A stretch of DNA of 64,000 bases from Elusimicrobiota bacterium (GTDB taxonomy: Bacteria; Elusimicrobiota; Elusimicrobia; F11). The notes beneath the pieces are model-generated. The model had not been told where the DNA came from. It saw only the letters and a program-made list of their open reading frames with translations, and did no database searches. Where the stretch lies: the NCBI GenBank assembly GCA_044221725.1, contig JBGAON010000001.1, positions 192,001-256,000 on the forward strand. Reading direction: 5' to 3'. Within the stretch, counting starts at the first letter, position 1; each line of letters opens with the position of its first letter. Position numbers and translations under genes: made by a program. Positions 20,201 through 35,200 of the stretch are shown piece by piece.

Positions 20201-23200
20201 ACGGTTTGGACTGGCAAGCGAGCAGCGTCTTTGTCTCAACCACGCTGACTTCCAGCACACAGTGGGCCTTCAATGTTCCGCTATCGTCATGGACGCATGG
20301 TGTAGCCTACAAGTTAAATTATTACGCCTCTGACTACGAGCAGAATTTCGAAGCCTGGGTTTCCACAATCAATTTTGTTTATGACGTTAATCAGCCAACC
20401 GTGACGTTGGTAACGCCCACCAACATGCAGTTTTTTAAGACGCCACCGGTCATCACCGGTACCGCAAACGATTCCGACGCCGACGTTAAGATGGTCGAAA
20501 TCAGTATTCAGAAAAATGGCGCATCCACGAAGTGGTTTGACGGAGGCGATTTCATTGCCGGATTCAACCCTTCCGGCAACCATACAAATTGGTTGGTCAC
20601 TTCCACTTCCAACGCAGGCTCTTACACAACATTCTCCTATGATATGCAGGCGATCTACAATCTTGGCAAACTCACCGATGCCACTTATTACGCGCAAGTC
20701 GTTGTGAAAGACAATGCGAATGACGGTGCCGGTAATTATCAGTATGGTATCTCAACGCAATCGGTTTCGTTCGTATACGATGGCACACCACCCACGTCAG
20801 GAGTTATTCAGCCCCAAAACGGGGCAAAGATAAACAACCCGGCGTCGATCTCAGGAACAGCAGCGGATCCGGCACCCATTGCGGCCAACCGAGCCGTTTT
20901 TGTCGCGATCTTAAAAAACAATGGATCCTCCACATGGTGGAACCAAAACCAAGCGATACCCGGTTGGAGCAGTTCCGTCCCTCCAATTTGGAATCTCGTC
21001 ACAAGCACAGTTGGAATACTTTCGGCGTCTGCGACGTCATGGATCTATTCTCCGGGCACGTTGGGCAGCCAAATGAGTTCCGGGCTCGATTACGTAATTC
21101 TTAGTTCCGCTGTTGATCAGGCGGGCAATGCGCAGTCGAGCTTGACGGTGGGAGTGTCATCGATCACAATTCGCGTTGATAAATCAGGTCCGATCTCCAC
21201 AATTACGTTGCCGGCCGACAGTGGCGCAGCGGGACAGGGTCGATACACTCCGGGCAACATCGGGTACGACAACAGTGGTTCGGGTGGCGCGAACACTCGG
21301 TTTGTTGGTGCTGTATCCGATACGGGTGGTGCCGGCGTGAAAACGAACTATATCCGCCTTTCCTATTTAAATGGGTCAACCACGCAGTATTGGAACGGCA
21401 CAGACTTCAGCGAACTATACTCAACGAACGGATGGCAAAACACTTCGAATACACTTTGGAGATACGACACGGATGTGCCGGCGGCCGCATTTGTTGCAGT
21501 TCTAAACGGATCCGGACATCGGCAATTTACACTTGAATCTCGCGCCGAAGATAATACGACGAACTGGGATGGTACGGGTTCCGGAAATTTCCAAACGACC
21601 TATGCGACAACGACCTTTATTATCGACAATTCGCCACCGGTCCTAGGAATATCAACTCCTACCGTCACGCAAATGACGACGTTATCGCTGATTTCCGGAA
21701 CAGCAGACGCGACGTTGGCCGATTTAAACTATGTAGAAATAAAAATTTCGACGAACGGGACCGGTCAGCTTTATTATTGGACCGGTTCCAGTTGGACAAC
21801 CACGGTGACATGGTTGTCAACCACGAAAGATAGTTCGGCGGCTTGGCATTACACGGTACCGTCGACGTTAATTGGTGATTCCAGTTACACCGTTGCGGCG
21901 CGTGCGCTTGACTATGCCGGGCAATACTCGACCGTGTATTCCACTCGGATATTTACCATTGATACGTCAAGTCCGACCGTGACGATCACGGCGCCTGCCG
22001 ACGGTGCGACATATTCGCAGGTTCAAACGTCGACACCCATGGCTGGAACCGTCATTGATCCCGGGGCGTTTGCGACAGGTGCTTCGACGGCTTCAATATC
22101 CCTTGTCGATTTGGATGGAGGCGGGAATAACTATTTTAATGGTTCGAGTTTTACAACGGGTGGTCCTTATTATGTTCCGGTGACGGGCGCGGGACTTAAC
22201 CCCTGGTCGTTTAATTTGTCGACGTTGACATTTATTAACGATCACCATTACACGGTGAACGCAAGCGGAAGAGACGCCATCGGAAACACCACTGTTTCTC
22301 CGACCAGCACATTCTTTTATGACACTGAAATCCCGACATCAACGATTCGGGCGCCTTCCCCTGGATATGTCTCCAGTCTTACCCAAATAACCGGCACGGC
22401 AATCGATGAGCGATTTGGCGTACGCAATTATGAAGCAAAATTAGGAACATATACGGTCGGTGTAGCCGTCTATGATGTGCAGGCGAACAAGTGGTTTGAT
22501 AACACAAACGATTTCAACTCTGCGAACCCGACGTATTTTCAAGTTTCAAACGATACGACGACGAGTCCAAACGTGTGGAGCTATACCGTTCCGGGGACGA
22601 TTATTTCCAAATTGGTGGACGGAAAATCGTATCGAATCGTTTCGCGCGCCGTGGATTTGGCAGGCAATGCCGAATTTGCCTCGAGCACCGCACCTGTGGG
22701 TGTGGGCATCACAATCATCTACGATCCAAATCCGCCCACCACAACAATAACCAATCCGTACGATTCAACGCCGTCGGCTGATACCACGCCGCGCATTTCT
22801 ACCGTTACAGCGTGGGGAAGTTTGCCGTCCACAATAATCGGCGAAGCTGCGGACGGTTCGGGCGCCGGAAACGGCGTGAATTTGGTTCAGCTCCGAATAT
22901 GGAAATCGGATCCGTCGATGTATTGGCAGAATGGGTCCGACTATTCGGCAAGCGCCTATTCCATTGATCCGACGGCGGCAAGTACAGCCTGGTTCAATGC
23001 GCAAACGACCAATAGCTGGGTGAATTGGTACAGCACATTCACGTATCTGTCCGATTACAAATATCACATAGAAGTTCGTGCTCGCGATCTAAGTGGACAA
23101 TTTTCAACCGCGTATGCCACGTCGAGCTTCATCATGGATCAAAATGTGCCGCAGTCGGGAATACTCGTTCCCGCGGACCAGTCCTACATGAAAAGTCTTG

Positions 23201-26200
23201 CCGAAATTACCGGTACGATGGCGGAAACCGGCAGTCGATATCAGGGCACCGTCTCGCCGGTGAAGATCGCCATTCGGCAGTTGGGCCCTCCGTCCGCGGG
23301 TACCAATAAGTGGTGGGATAATGGAAACAAGACATTCACATTAAACAACCCGCCCACAACTGACAACGCAACGCTGTATGTTTCGTCATGGAGCTTCAAC
23401 GGAATTACAAGCGGCGATCTAACTTCTGGAACTTCCTATTACATTACATCGAAAGCCATGGATGATTCTTCTCCGGTCAACGACGAAGGTTTCGGAAACG
23501 TTCGATCGTCAACTTTCACGTGGGATATTGTGGTTCCGACAGCAACAATATTCGTCCCGAATGCGGGCGGTTTCCCGCCATCGTCTGTTCTCGGTGCAAG
23601 TCCGGTCTTCTATGGCGGTTATTGGGACACTCATACGGGAATCGCCACCAATCCGTTGTGTGCGAACCGCAATGACACCACGAGCGGCACGAGCCGAATT
23701 GAGTATCTGTTGTCGAATCGTTCCGAAAATCCCGTTATCTATTGGAGACCGGATTACGACGTAGGTCAAAATCTACTTTTGACGGGTTCTTGGGTTTCAA
23801 CGGAACCTACCGATTGGCCTGACGCATGCGTGTTTGGAAGTTCGTGGACGATCACCAGCCCCGATCTCAGTGGATATGCAGGCGAAAATTTTGGATTGGT
23901 TGTGCGCGCCCAGGATCGCGCCGGGAATGTGCAGACCGTATTTACTGTGGGTGTCGCTTCAAATTCGTTTACCGTTGACACGCAAGTCCCCGACGTGAGA
24001 GTGACGGCACCCGTTGAAACTTATCGGAATACGCTGGCCGCCATATCCGCTACCGCTTCGGACAATTTGGCGACAGTTACCTCCGTGGACGTTCGAATCT
24101 CAAGCAAATCGGCGGGCGTTTGCCCGGGCGATGCGAGCTGCCGTTTTTGGGATGGATCGTATTGGGTTTCAAGCTCGTCGTGGATGGCAGTTTCATTTGT
24201 CAGCGGAAACGATTGGGCCTATACGGTTCCTGGCGGTATCGGTTTCATTGACGGTTTGAGTTACACCGTAGAAGTTCGCGGTACCGATTCCTCCGGAAAT
24301 CAAGGGAATATTGCGGGAGCTTCGGACAAATCCAAAACGTTCAAGTGGGATGTCACACCCCCATCGACATCGTTGGACAAAATTAATGGCGGAGCGGCTG
24401 GAACGCTGGTAAACGATCAAGCGTACAATTCGATGACAAGCTTCGGAGGATCTGCCTCCGATACATCCCCCGGGCTCGTCCAGTCCGTGGATATGTATAT
24501 AAAGGAAGGTGGCGGATCCGGCTCGGGCAGTGGTGTGTATTGGAATGGCGTTTCATTCAGTCCGGTGGCGAGCGCGGTTTGGCCGTTCCATTTTGTAACC
24601 ACCAATTTCTCTACAGCGACCAGTGCGATTCCGTGGGTTAACGGTCAGACATATTGGCTTCGTGCGAAAGCTCTCGACTATGCCGATAACGAAGAAGGGG
24701 GCATTGGCGTCGGCGGCACAATCGTAAAGGTTCATTACGATACGGAAAAACCTGTGAGCAAGATCACAAACGTCACAAACAATTCCTATGTGAGATCTTT
24801 GAGCACATTAAGTGGTACGGCGTCCGATATCGGCACGGGTGCAAATCCGGGATCAACGAGCAATGTTTATCTGCATCTTTACCGGAATGCTCCGTCCAAC
24901 TTAACCTGGAATTGGGACACCGCAGCATGGGATTCCGACGACGATGAGTCGAATATTGCCGATCCAGCAAGTTCCGTTTACTGGAGCACAACGAGTTACA
25001 CCGCCGGCGCGGGCGTGGGTATCGCAAGCGGCACGTGGACGCGAGCGCTTCCAAGTTTTACGGGTCTGTCTGGCAATACGTTTCGTTTGCTTGTTCGCGC
25101 AAAAGATTGGGCCGGGAATGTTGAGATTAACCCTTCCACTGCAACATTCACTTTGGACCAGTATCAGGTTGGTCCCCCCGAGCGCCCCAAAGCGATTGTT
25201 TCTTACCCGACGAGCGGAATGCACACGCCGACAAAATTAACAACGATCTCGGGAACCGGGCAGGATAACACGGGCGGGCAGCTCGCATCCGTTGGGGTAC
25301 TTTTACGCCGTTTCAATTCCAACGGCACAACCGATTATTGGGGAGGGTTCGCCTGGGGCGCTGAGCCGGGCGTATGGCCCACCGCTGTCGCTGTGGACGG
25401 GTCATTTAATTCCAGCAGCGAGGAATTCACTTTTGCAATGCCCGGGCCTGCCGAATGGACCGACGACATTCAATACGAAATCCGCGCCCGAGCGATTGAC
25501 GCGGCCGGCAATCAATCTCAGATTGAACTTTCGACGACGGTTTTCACGTACGATCCCACGGCCCCGGATACGGCCATCACATTCCCTGTGAACTCCGGGT
25601 ATATCTCTCAAACCGGAAATATCTCGGGAACCGCATCCGACACGGGCGCTGGCCAGGCGAATCTCGTGCAGGTCCGCGTTCGTCGCTATTCGGATAACAA
25701 ATTCCTCGATATCTCGGGCGGCCTTCCGGGTTCGTGGGTGGTGGACTCTTCGTCGAATACATGGAACGACACGGTGCCGTCGGGTAGCGGGCCGTGGACG
25801 TGGACGTTGTCGACCGCGGCGTGGGTGACCGGTGAAACATACGAAGCCAATGCGCGGGCGCGCGACCGTGCGTTAAACTACGATCTTTCTTTTTCCACGG
25901 TCACATTCGCAGCGGACTTTTTGGCTCCCACCTCTGTTGTCACTGGCCCCAGTAACGGTAGTTCAATATCGAGCCTAACGAGTTTGACCGGAACCGCGAT
26001 CGACAATGGTCCTTCGGGAGTCTCGAGGGTTTATGTGGCTGTCTATGGCGTGTCGCAAAACGCCTGGTGGAACAAAACCACGACCGGAACATTCAATTTG
26101 GCGGACGCCGGCGGATTGCCAGTAGATGCTCCGTCCGCGCTGTCGAACTATTGGGTTTTGGCAACAACGTCGGCCGGTGGTCCAATCAATTGGCTTGCCA

Positions 26201-29200
26201 CGGGGTCGTCCACGCCCACATTCCCGATCACGGGCGATTACCAGGTGCTGTCGGTGGCCGTTGATATTGCATCCAATATTGAATCGTTGCCCACGAGTGC
26301 CGCGCCGAATTCAAATCGCATCTCTTTCAGTTGGGTTCCGCCGGTACCCCAGTCCGTCATTCAAAAACCCGATGGATCGAATCCTCACTACAAGTCGAGC
26401 TTGGTCACCATCTCCGGTACGGCGAACAGTCCAACGGCAACAGGAGAGGAAATTCGGATAAAAGACATTACCAACGCGGGTTCCCACCTCGTCTGGAACG
26501 GACTGATTTGGGTGAGCAGTTCAAGTACATCGGGATGGGTGGCGGCCAGTTTTGGGTCGGCTCCGACGTGGAGTTATTCGGTTCCGAGCAGTTCCTGGAC
26601 CACTATTCATAGGTATCAGATCGAAGCGCGCGCCACCGGAGTTCCCACGGAAAGCCCTGTGCAGGGACCGATTTCATTTTATGTCGACGATGGAAATCCA
26701 ACCGCGACAATTGTGATGCCGGATGTTGCTTACAAAAACTCGCTGCCGATCATTTCCGGTTCGGCTTCAGATGATGGCGATTCCTTGCCCAGTGCCAACA
26801 AGACGGTTTATTTCCGTATAAAACGAACTTTGCCCTCGACGCAATACTGGGTAAGTGTTTCTTCTTCATTTGTTAACGATACGTCAATAAATTGCATAAG
26901 CGCAGTTGATAACTCATGTTTGCCGGCCACAAATCTCGGTGGGGGCATTTACAGCGTTACGCATTCAAGTTTTGTGAGTGGCGCTATTTTCGATCCCGGG
27001 GCCAGTTACACAGTGTACGAGGTGGTTAAAGACCGAGCGGGAAATGGTTACAGCACAAGTTTTGATTTCACGTGGGATGTGCTTGCGGCGACAGCGGGAA
27101 TTACTCGCCCCACGGCGTCGCAGCCAATCAATTCCCTGACGACAATTTCTGGAACAGCTGCCGACGATTTTTCTGTGTACGCGACGAGCATTTCGCTTCA
27201 GTCATTGAAAAATAACCAATGCTACGATCCGAATACAAACTTTTTCACTCAGGCATGTCCGTACTGGATCGCTACGAGCTCGGATGTTTCTGCTAACTGG
27301 CAATATGTAGATTCGAACATCAATGTGCGGCTGGGAGAAAGCAACACCTTTTACGTCTTGTTGGCGCGCGCCAATGACGTTGCCGGCAATCCGCAAGTTA
27401 ATTTCGTAGCAGGTGTTTCCTCGCGAACGTTTTTAGCAGACACAGTGGCTCCGCAGGTGGCCGTTACGTTTCCTGTTCATAATTCGATTTATAAAGGAAG
27501 TCTGATTAGTGGCGGCGGTTTTCCATTTGTTGGAACAGCAACCGATCCAGGTTCGCCATTTAATGCCGGCATTCGAAAAGTTCAGAATCGGCTTTCCTAT
27601 CTATTAAATGGCGATACCTGGTATTGGCAACCGGGACAAACGGCGTTCTCGTCCGGAACAGCGGTGGCCAGCAGTGGATGGTTCAATACATCGAACAATG
27701 CGTGGGCGTATTTTGGCGCGGTGACATGGGGGGGAACCGATCGGCAATACATACTGGAAGCCCGTGCGGAGGACGCGTCCTATTTTCCAGACGGAACGGC
27801 CACCGGAAATACGAGCGTCCCGGCAACGCTTGGCACCGACATAATCAACTTCATCGTTGATGATACGCCGCCCTCCGAAGCGATCACCGTGCCGTCGCCA
27901 ACAAACGTGCCGGGTCTAACTCTTATCTCGGGCACGGCCAATGCAACACTCTCCGGTTTAAGCCGCGTTGAGGTAAAAATTTCAACGGGCGTAGGAACAC
28001 TTTATTATTGGACGTCCTCTTCGTGGACCACCGTGGAAACTTGGCTCAACTCAGCAGCGGACAGTCAAACGGCGTGGCATTACACGGTGTCGGGCTCAAT
28101 GGTGAACGATGCCACTTATACTGTCGTAGCTCGTGCGCTTGATAATGCGGGTAATTACGCGACCACTTACTCGACGAAATCGTTCACAGTGGATTTGACA
28201 ACGCCCACCGCCTCGATAACATTTCCCACCAGCAATTCGACGTTTGCACGCTATTCGCAAATTGTCGTTTCAACTCCGGTGGCGGGAACGGCGTCGGATT
28301 CCGGTTCTTACTCGACGCAGCTTTCAACCGTGCAAATTTCGATCCATGACAATACGTCAAACAACGATTTCAACGGCGCAACTTTTGCCGGAGGAGGCCC
28401 GTACTTTTTGGGTGCTAACGGCGGATCGCTAGCCGCTTGGACCTTTAATAGCGGACTTCTCTCGCTGACGAACGATCATCAATATCAAGTGACCGCTCGC
28501 ACCAGCGACAATGCGGGAAATTATTCGGATTCGACGACGGTAACGTTTGAGTACGATATCGAAATTCCCACGTCCGCAATTACGTCTCCGGCAACAGGAA
28601 TTCGGTCGAATGTAAGCACGGTCAATGGAACCGCGAGCGACGAGCGCTTCGGCGCGCGCAGCTACGAAGCGAAAATGGGAACCTATACCGTCGGCGTCGC
28701 CATTCTTAGTGTGTCCGACGGGAAGTGGTGGGATGAGAGTCAGGTTGATTTTCAGGCCACCAATCCCATTTATTACGAGGCCGTTAATTCGACAACCGTG
28801 GCTCCCAACACGTGGTCCTATGCGGTTCCAGCGCCCCTCATCGGAATGTTAATCGACGGGAATGTTTATCGATTCGTATCTCGTTCTGTTGATTTGGCTG
28901 GCAATGTTGAATTTGGGGCGAGTACGGCGCCCGCGGGAATTGGCGTGAATGTTACGTACGATGCCACGCCGCCTTCCGTATCGATTGGTTCTCCGGTGGA
29001 CGCGACGCCCGCAGACGACACGCAGCCGCGTCTGTCCAGCTTGGGAACAATTTCCGGAGCCACAAACGACGGAACGGGCACCGGTGCCAATCTTGTGCAA
29101 GTTCGCATTTACAAATCAGATCCAGCACGATATTGGTCGTTCGGATCTGATTATTCGGCATCCGCGTTTACGATTAATACGTCGGCAGCGGATACGGCAT

Positions 29201-32200
29201 GGTTTTCAGCGGCCACCTCCGACGGATATGCGACATGGTCCACCACGTTTTCGTTCCTTTCGGATTACAAATACCACATAGAGGTCCGAGCACGAGACAA
29301 CGCAGGGAATTATTCGACCGCCTACGCAACAGCGACCTTTATTTTTGATCAAGATGTTCCGCAATCAGGAATCGTAACGCCGGCAGACAGTTCCACGGTT
29401 CGAACGTTTTCCGGAATTGTAGGAACAATGGCCGAAACGGGAACTCGTTACAATGGAACTGTTTCTCCGGTAAAAATTGCGATTAAGAACCTACAAATTG
29501 GAAAGTGGTGGAACAGCGCCAGCTCGACGTTTTCAATTTCGAGTCCGGTGCCCACAACGGACGATGCAACGCTGTATGTTTCGTCTTGGGTTTACACCGA
29601 TATTAATTCTACGAACCTCAACTCCGGATCCTCCTATTACATAACGTCACGGGCTTTTGACAATGCGAGCCCCACGAACGACGAAAATTATTTCTCGGTA
29701 AGATCCGCAACATTCACGTTTGACAATACGGCTCCTTCCATTGTTGTGCAAACTCCGAACGACAATTCTTACTTCACCGATTCAAGCGCTTTAACGATTA
29801 GTGGTACAGCAGCGGATTCAACTTCTGGAGTCGCATTGGTTCAGGTGCGAATTAAATCCGGATCGAATTATTGGACAGGGACCGAGAACGTTGCGGGCGG
29901 AAACTTTACGGCGGTTCAGGCGACCGTCACAGCTTCGTATTCGAACCCAACCTGGCAATTTCGAATTGTTCAAGCGGACCTGAGCGCGTTCACACATGCG
30001 CAATCCTACACGATCGAAGCGCGGGCATCCGATGTCGCCGGATCGACATCTTCTTTCACAGCGGTTCGTACAATCACATACGATATTGGTGTTCCCACCG
30101 CCGTCGTGACGGCGCCTCTGAACTATATCAACGCAACGCAGACCACAATTACCGGAACAGCTCAGGACAGTCCCGCGGGAATCGCCCTTGTCGAAATTGC
30201 GATATCTTCGAGCGCATCGGGTGCGGCCGGTACGTGGTACGATGGATCGGGTTTTACGGCGAATTTCTTGGATTCCGGCACACTGCGCAGCACGTCTTCT
30301 TATACGGCCAACGGCGCCGGTGCTGGAATTGATGTTTGGGGATTTACGCGCCCCGCATTTCAACAAGGAAAAACATATCTCGTGCGTTTGCGAATTACGG
30401 ATCGCGCCGGAAACGTTCGCACGCAAACGATCGGTGAAAGCGCTGCGTTGGTTTATGATGCGGTTGACCCCACAGCAGCAATTTTGGATCCCGATGCGGC
30501 CTACGAACGTTCGCTTGGGAGGATCACCGGGACAGCGGTGGATGCCGACACCGCTATTGCTCTGATCGACATCGCTATTTCAACGGGTTCATCGGCGCCG
30601 TATACCGACCAGTATTGGAATGGAAGTGCCTGGCAGCCTGGGATCTACTGGTTAAGCGCGTCGCCCACCGATGGTTCGTTTAACACCTCGAGCGAAGGTT
30701 GGTACTTTACTGGATCGACTCCCACATGGATCAATAATCGTATTTACAAAATCCAAGTAAAACCAAAAGATTCTTCGCTGAACAACAACACGATTGTTAA
30801 TTCGACGTTCACGTTTGATAACACGCCAGCGTTGGCGGCCGTTGTTGTTCCGGCGAGTTTGGCGGCATCGCAAAGTTTGACCTTGGTTTCGGGCACAATG
30901 TCGGATGCTCCAAACCCAAGCCCGACAATTGTTCAGATTGCGCTTCGTCATCCGGCCGACACATTTTGGGATGGCGCCGCATTTAATGCCTACAACGCGA
31001 ACACGTCCTGGTTAAACGCCACCTCGATTTTTGGCTCATCGTGGACGTTCACCAATTTGCCGACCTCGTGGAACGATCGCACACTTTATAAATTGTTTGT
31101 GCGCGCCATTGATGCGGCAGGCAACCCTGTGGCCGATCCTGATTTTGCGAACACGGGTCTTGAATTTTTAATCGACTACTCGTCTCCCACGTCCAGTGTT
31201 ACCTCTTTGTCCGTGGCCGTAACCAATTATGTCCGCGGTCCGTTTAATACCGTGACAGGTTCAGCGGACGACGACGCGGGTGGTTCGGGTATCGGTACCG
31301 TGAAGATTCGTGTCATTCGATCGGATGGGAATTATTTGAATGCTTCACAAAACGGGTTTGACACGAACGGGACATCGATCGATTTTCCTCTGACGACCAC
31401 GAACGGTACAAGTTGGTCGAAAACATTCATGAGCCCGGCGGCCACGTTCCAGGATGGTTATCGATACCAAATTCAATCGCGTGCGACCGATAACTCAAAT
31501 CCCGCCCTCGTTCAACAAATCTATACGACGGCGACTGTTATCGTAGATATGTCCACTCCGACGGCCGCGATCTCGAATCTTTCGACAGGATTTTTTAACA
31601 GCTCCTTTACCGTGCTGCTCGGAACGATGACGGACGTTTTAACGGGTGGAAATATTCCGTCCGGCGTGCGCTACGTAAACGTGAAAATTTTCGACGGCAC
31701 GGATGGTTCCACATGGTGGGATGGCGGAGGATGGAATAGCCAGACGTCGTTATCGGCGACTGTTTATCCAAGTTCGTGGTCCTTGAGTGGTCTTCCAACG
31801 GATTGGAGTCACGCCACAAATCTCGATGAGCGCTGGTTCCAGTTTTATGTTCAAGCGGTTGACTACGCGGGAAACACGCAATCTTTCGCGGTTCTCACAG
31901 CAACATACGACGTGCGACCTGGAACGGCGGCGATCGTCGTTCCAAACTCTGGGGTTGTTTCGTCTCTGCCCTCCATCAGCGGGACGGCGACAGACACAAC
32001 GTTTGGGAGGTCAGGAATCGCAAGTGTTGAAATTGCGATCCAGCGAAATAACGGGACGGACACCAACTGGTACCGGTTCTCGACCGCTCAATGGGAGCCG
32101 GCCTCCATTATCTGGAGCACAGTGTCATACAACGCCGGGACGGGCGTTTGGACCAGATCGACAACAAACGGAAATCTTTGGGACAACTTAGTGACCTATG

Positions 32201-35200
32201 ACCTTTATGTACGTGCGATCGATAATGCAGGAAACGTGCAAAGCACGCTTCTTTATCCGAGCACGTATTCGTTTGTGTTTCAGCCCCCGCCGTCTGTCAT
32301 CGCCTTCACGAAGCCGACCAATAACAAATTCTATCGGGAGAACTTGCAAGACATTAGCGGAACCAACAATGCCGCAACCAACCGCGTGGATGTACAGATT
32401 GAGCGGTTATCCGACGGGAAATTCTGGAGTGGTTACACCTTGGCCTGGGTTGGTTCATCGACGTACACGGTGGCGAATGCGTTAACGGCAACCAACTGGA
32501 GTTGGAACTCTGGCATTCCGACGTCCGGAGATTGGTTCGTTTCCGGAGCGACCTACACAATTCGTGCGCGCGGTGTAAACACGGCGGGAATTTCCGGCGC
32601 GCAAGTTTCTTTGACGATCGGTTTCGATAATCAGGCTCCGACCTCGGTTCTCACGAATCCGCTAACGGCGTTCACTAGCAGTTTTGCGTTGATCAGCGGA
32701 ACCGCCAGCGATCAACTCGGGATGGCTGGAATTAACAACATCAAATTGGATATTCAGCGTGTCAACAAAGATGATACGACCGCAGCGGATGGATATTATT
32801 GGAATGGTTCAACGTGGACGAATGTTCGTCCGAGTTTGCAAATCACGCCGGTATTGGTGTCGCCGAATCTATGGAATTGGAGTTACACCATCGCCTATTC
32901 GACACATCTCGCCAACGGTTACAAATACAAAATCTATCTGATCGCGGAAGATGAATCATTCGTTGACTTAAATTCGTTTGACGGTAACGACGAAGCCGAA
33001 CACAGTTCTAACGTCGTTTACGATATCACAATGCCCACGGCGACAATAACGTCCGTCATGGCAACGGAATTTCGCTCCTCCGTTGTTTTGGCTTCTGGTG
33101 CCGTAAGCGATCCATTGGGAGCGCTGCAGGATAACGCGCTGCCCGGTTACAACCAGGTAAACCAGGTGCAAGTGTCGTTGCGTCGGAATTCCAATAGCTC
33201 GTATTGGAATGGAACAAGCTTCCCTGGAACCACATTGGTTTACTCAACCGCCTCGTTATTCGTAAGTTCGTGGGTGTTCACAAGCATGCCTGATTTCTCG
33301 CTTTCAAATTACAACACGGAGAATTTCACGTTGCGCACGAAAACGGATGACAAGGCAGGAAACGTGAATGCGTTGTTTGTTCCCGGCACGTCGGAGATTA
33401 CGTTTACGGTTGATAATCATGCCCCGACATCCGCGCTTACACTTCCTACATCGAACGCCAAAAGATCGCAGCTCACTGCGTTATCCGGAACCGTCGACGA
33501 CAACACCGCGTCGGATTTCCCAAACAATGCGGGAGTAAGCGGAGTGTCAAATGTGGATGCGCTTGTTTATAACGTCCAAGGCAACACGACGTATTATTGG
33601 AACGGAACTATTTTTTCAAGTAATACAACGGAGGCCGCTTCGTGGCAATCCGTCGATGTGCTTACATCGCTCGGCACCTCGTCCGCAACATGGACATACA
33701 ACGCACTCGATAGCTTGAAAATGACGCCGGGTGTGCAAGCGGGCTGGATTTCCGATCGGGCCTATGTCGTGAAAGTGCGTGCCCGCGACAACGCGTTTCC
33801 CATTGGCAACGTCGGTTCCGAAAACGTCGCGACCAGCGTGATTATCGATACGACCTCGCCAACGTCGGCCGTGACATATCCGAACACGACTCCCGTTCGA
33901 TTGTTGGCCACCATAAGCGGAACGTGCAGCGCTGATTTGGCTGGATTTGGAAATATTAAATTCTCGATGCAGGATCATAATGGCAATTACTTCAACGGGA
34001 GCGGCTTTTCTTCGGCCGGAGAAGTTTTCCTTGATACTCGAACGTTGACCAATCAAAGCGGGACCCAAGTTTATACGTCCACCTTTGTGACGTCGGCGAA
34101 TTTGACCAGTGGATCAACTTACACCATCCGTATTTACGGAACCGATGCGGCGTTGCCGACCGCGAACACGCAAGTCGGCGGAACACCTGGTTCGTTCACA
34201 TTCTATTTCGACAACACGCCACCCGAAACATTGAGCATCAGCGCACCGATCAACAATGGCGCTTACGGCCCGTCGAACACACTGAGCAATATAACCGGAG
34301 GAGCCATTGACAATCATTCGGGTGTCGTGCGTGTGGAATTGGAAATCTTTAATCAAACGGATGCGCTTTATTTCGGTGGTTCCTCGTTTAATCAGGTGAG
34401 CTCGAGCTGGGTCAATGTCGGCGGTTCGCTCTCGTCTTGGTCGTTTGCGTCTCCGGCATGGATTGCGAATAAGAATTATCAAGTTCGCGCGCGCGCGTTT
34501 GATTCGGCCGGAAATGTGTCAACAACCTCGGCGGTCGCGTTCATTTACGATTCCACAAATCCTGTCGTGAGTTCGATTCTCGTGCCATCGCAAGCGTATC
34601 AGGCGGCCAACACCTTGAATGTACTTTCTGGTACGGCGCACGACGGACTGATAAATCCCCGATCCGGTTTGCAAAATATCGAAGTGGCAATCCACGATAT
34701 CGACGACGGTGATTCTGACAAGTGGTATTCCGGTGTAAACGCGAGTGGTTTCAATCAGTCGAACGCTTCATGGCGTTTAACAAGCAGCACAATATCGGTG
34801 GCCAGTGCCACAGCCCCTTGGAGTTATCCGTTTGGGGCAGACGAGATCCCGACGTGGCAGGACGGCCATCAATACGATTTGTACGTGAGGGCCACGGACC
34901 TTGCACAGAACGTGAGCACGATATTCGTGTCGACGTTTATTTATGACCCGGTCAATCCGGCCGGCTATATCACCAAGCCCGATGGCGCTGTGACGCCCCA
35001 TTACGAAAGCAGCTTGTCAACGATTTCAGGAACCGCCGCGGACACAATCGACACCGTTAAAGCGGGGGCGATCAGCACCGTCGATATTCGCATTCGCCAT
35101 ATTGGCGGTAGCATTTGGTGGAATCCCGCGAAGGCCGGTGGCGCAAATTGGGACAACGCGCTCACCGACAACACGGCGTGGTTCGCAACGAGTTCCACGG

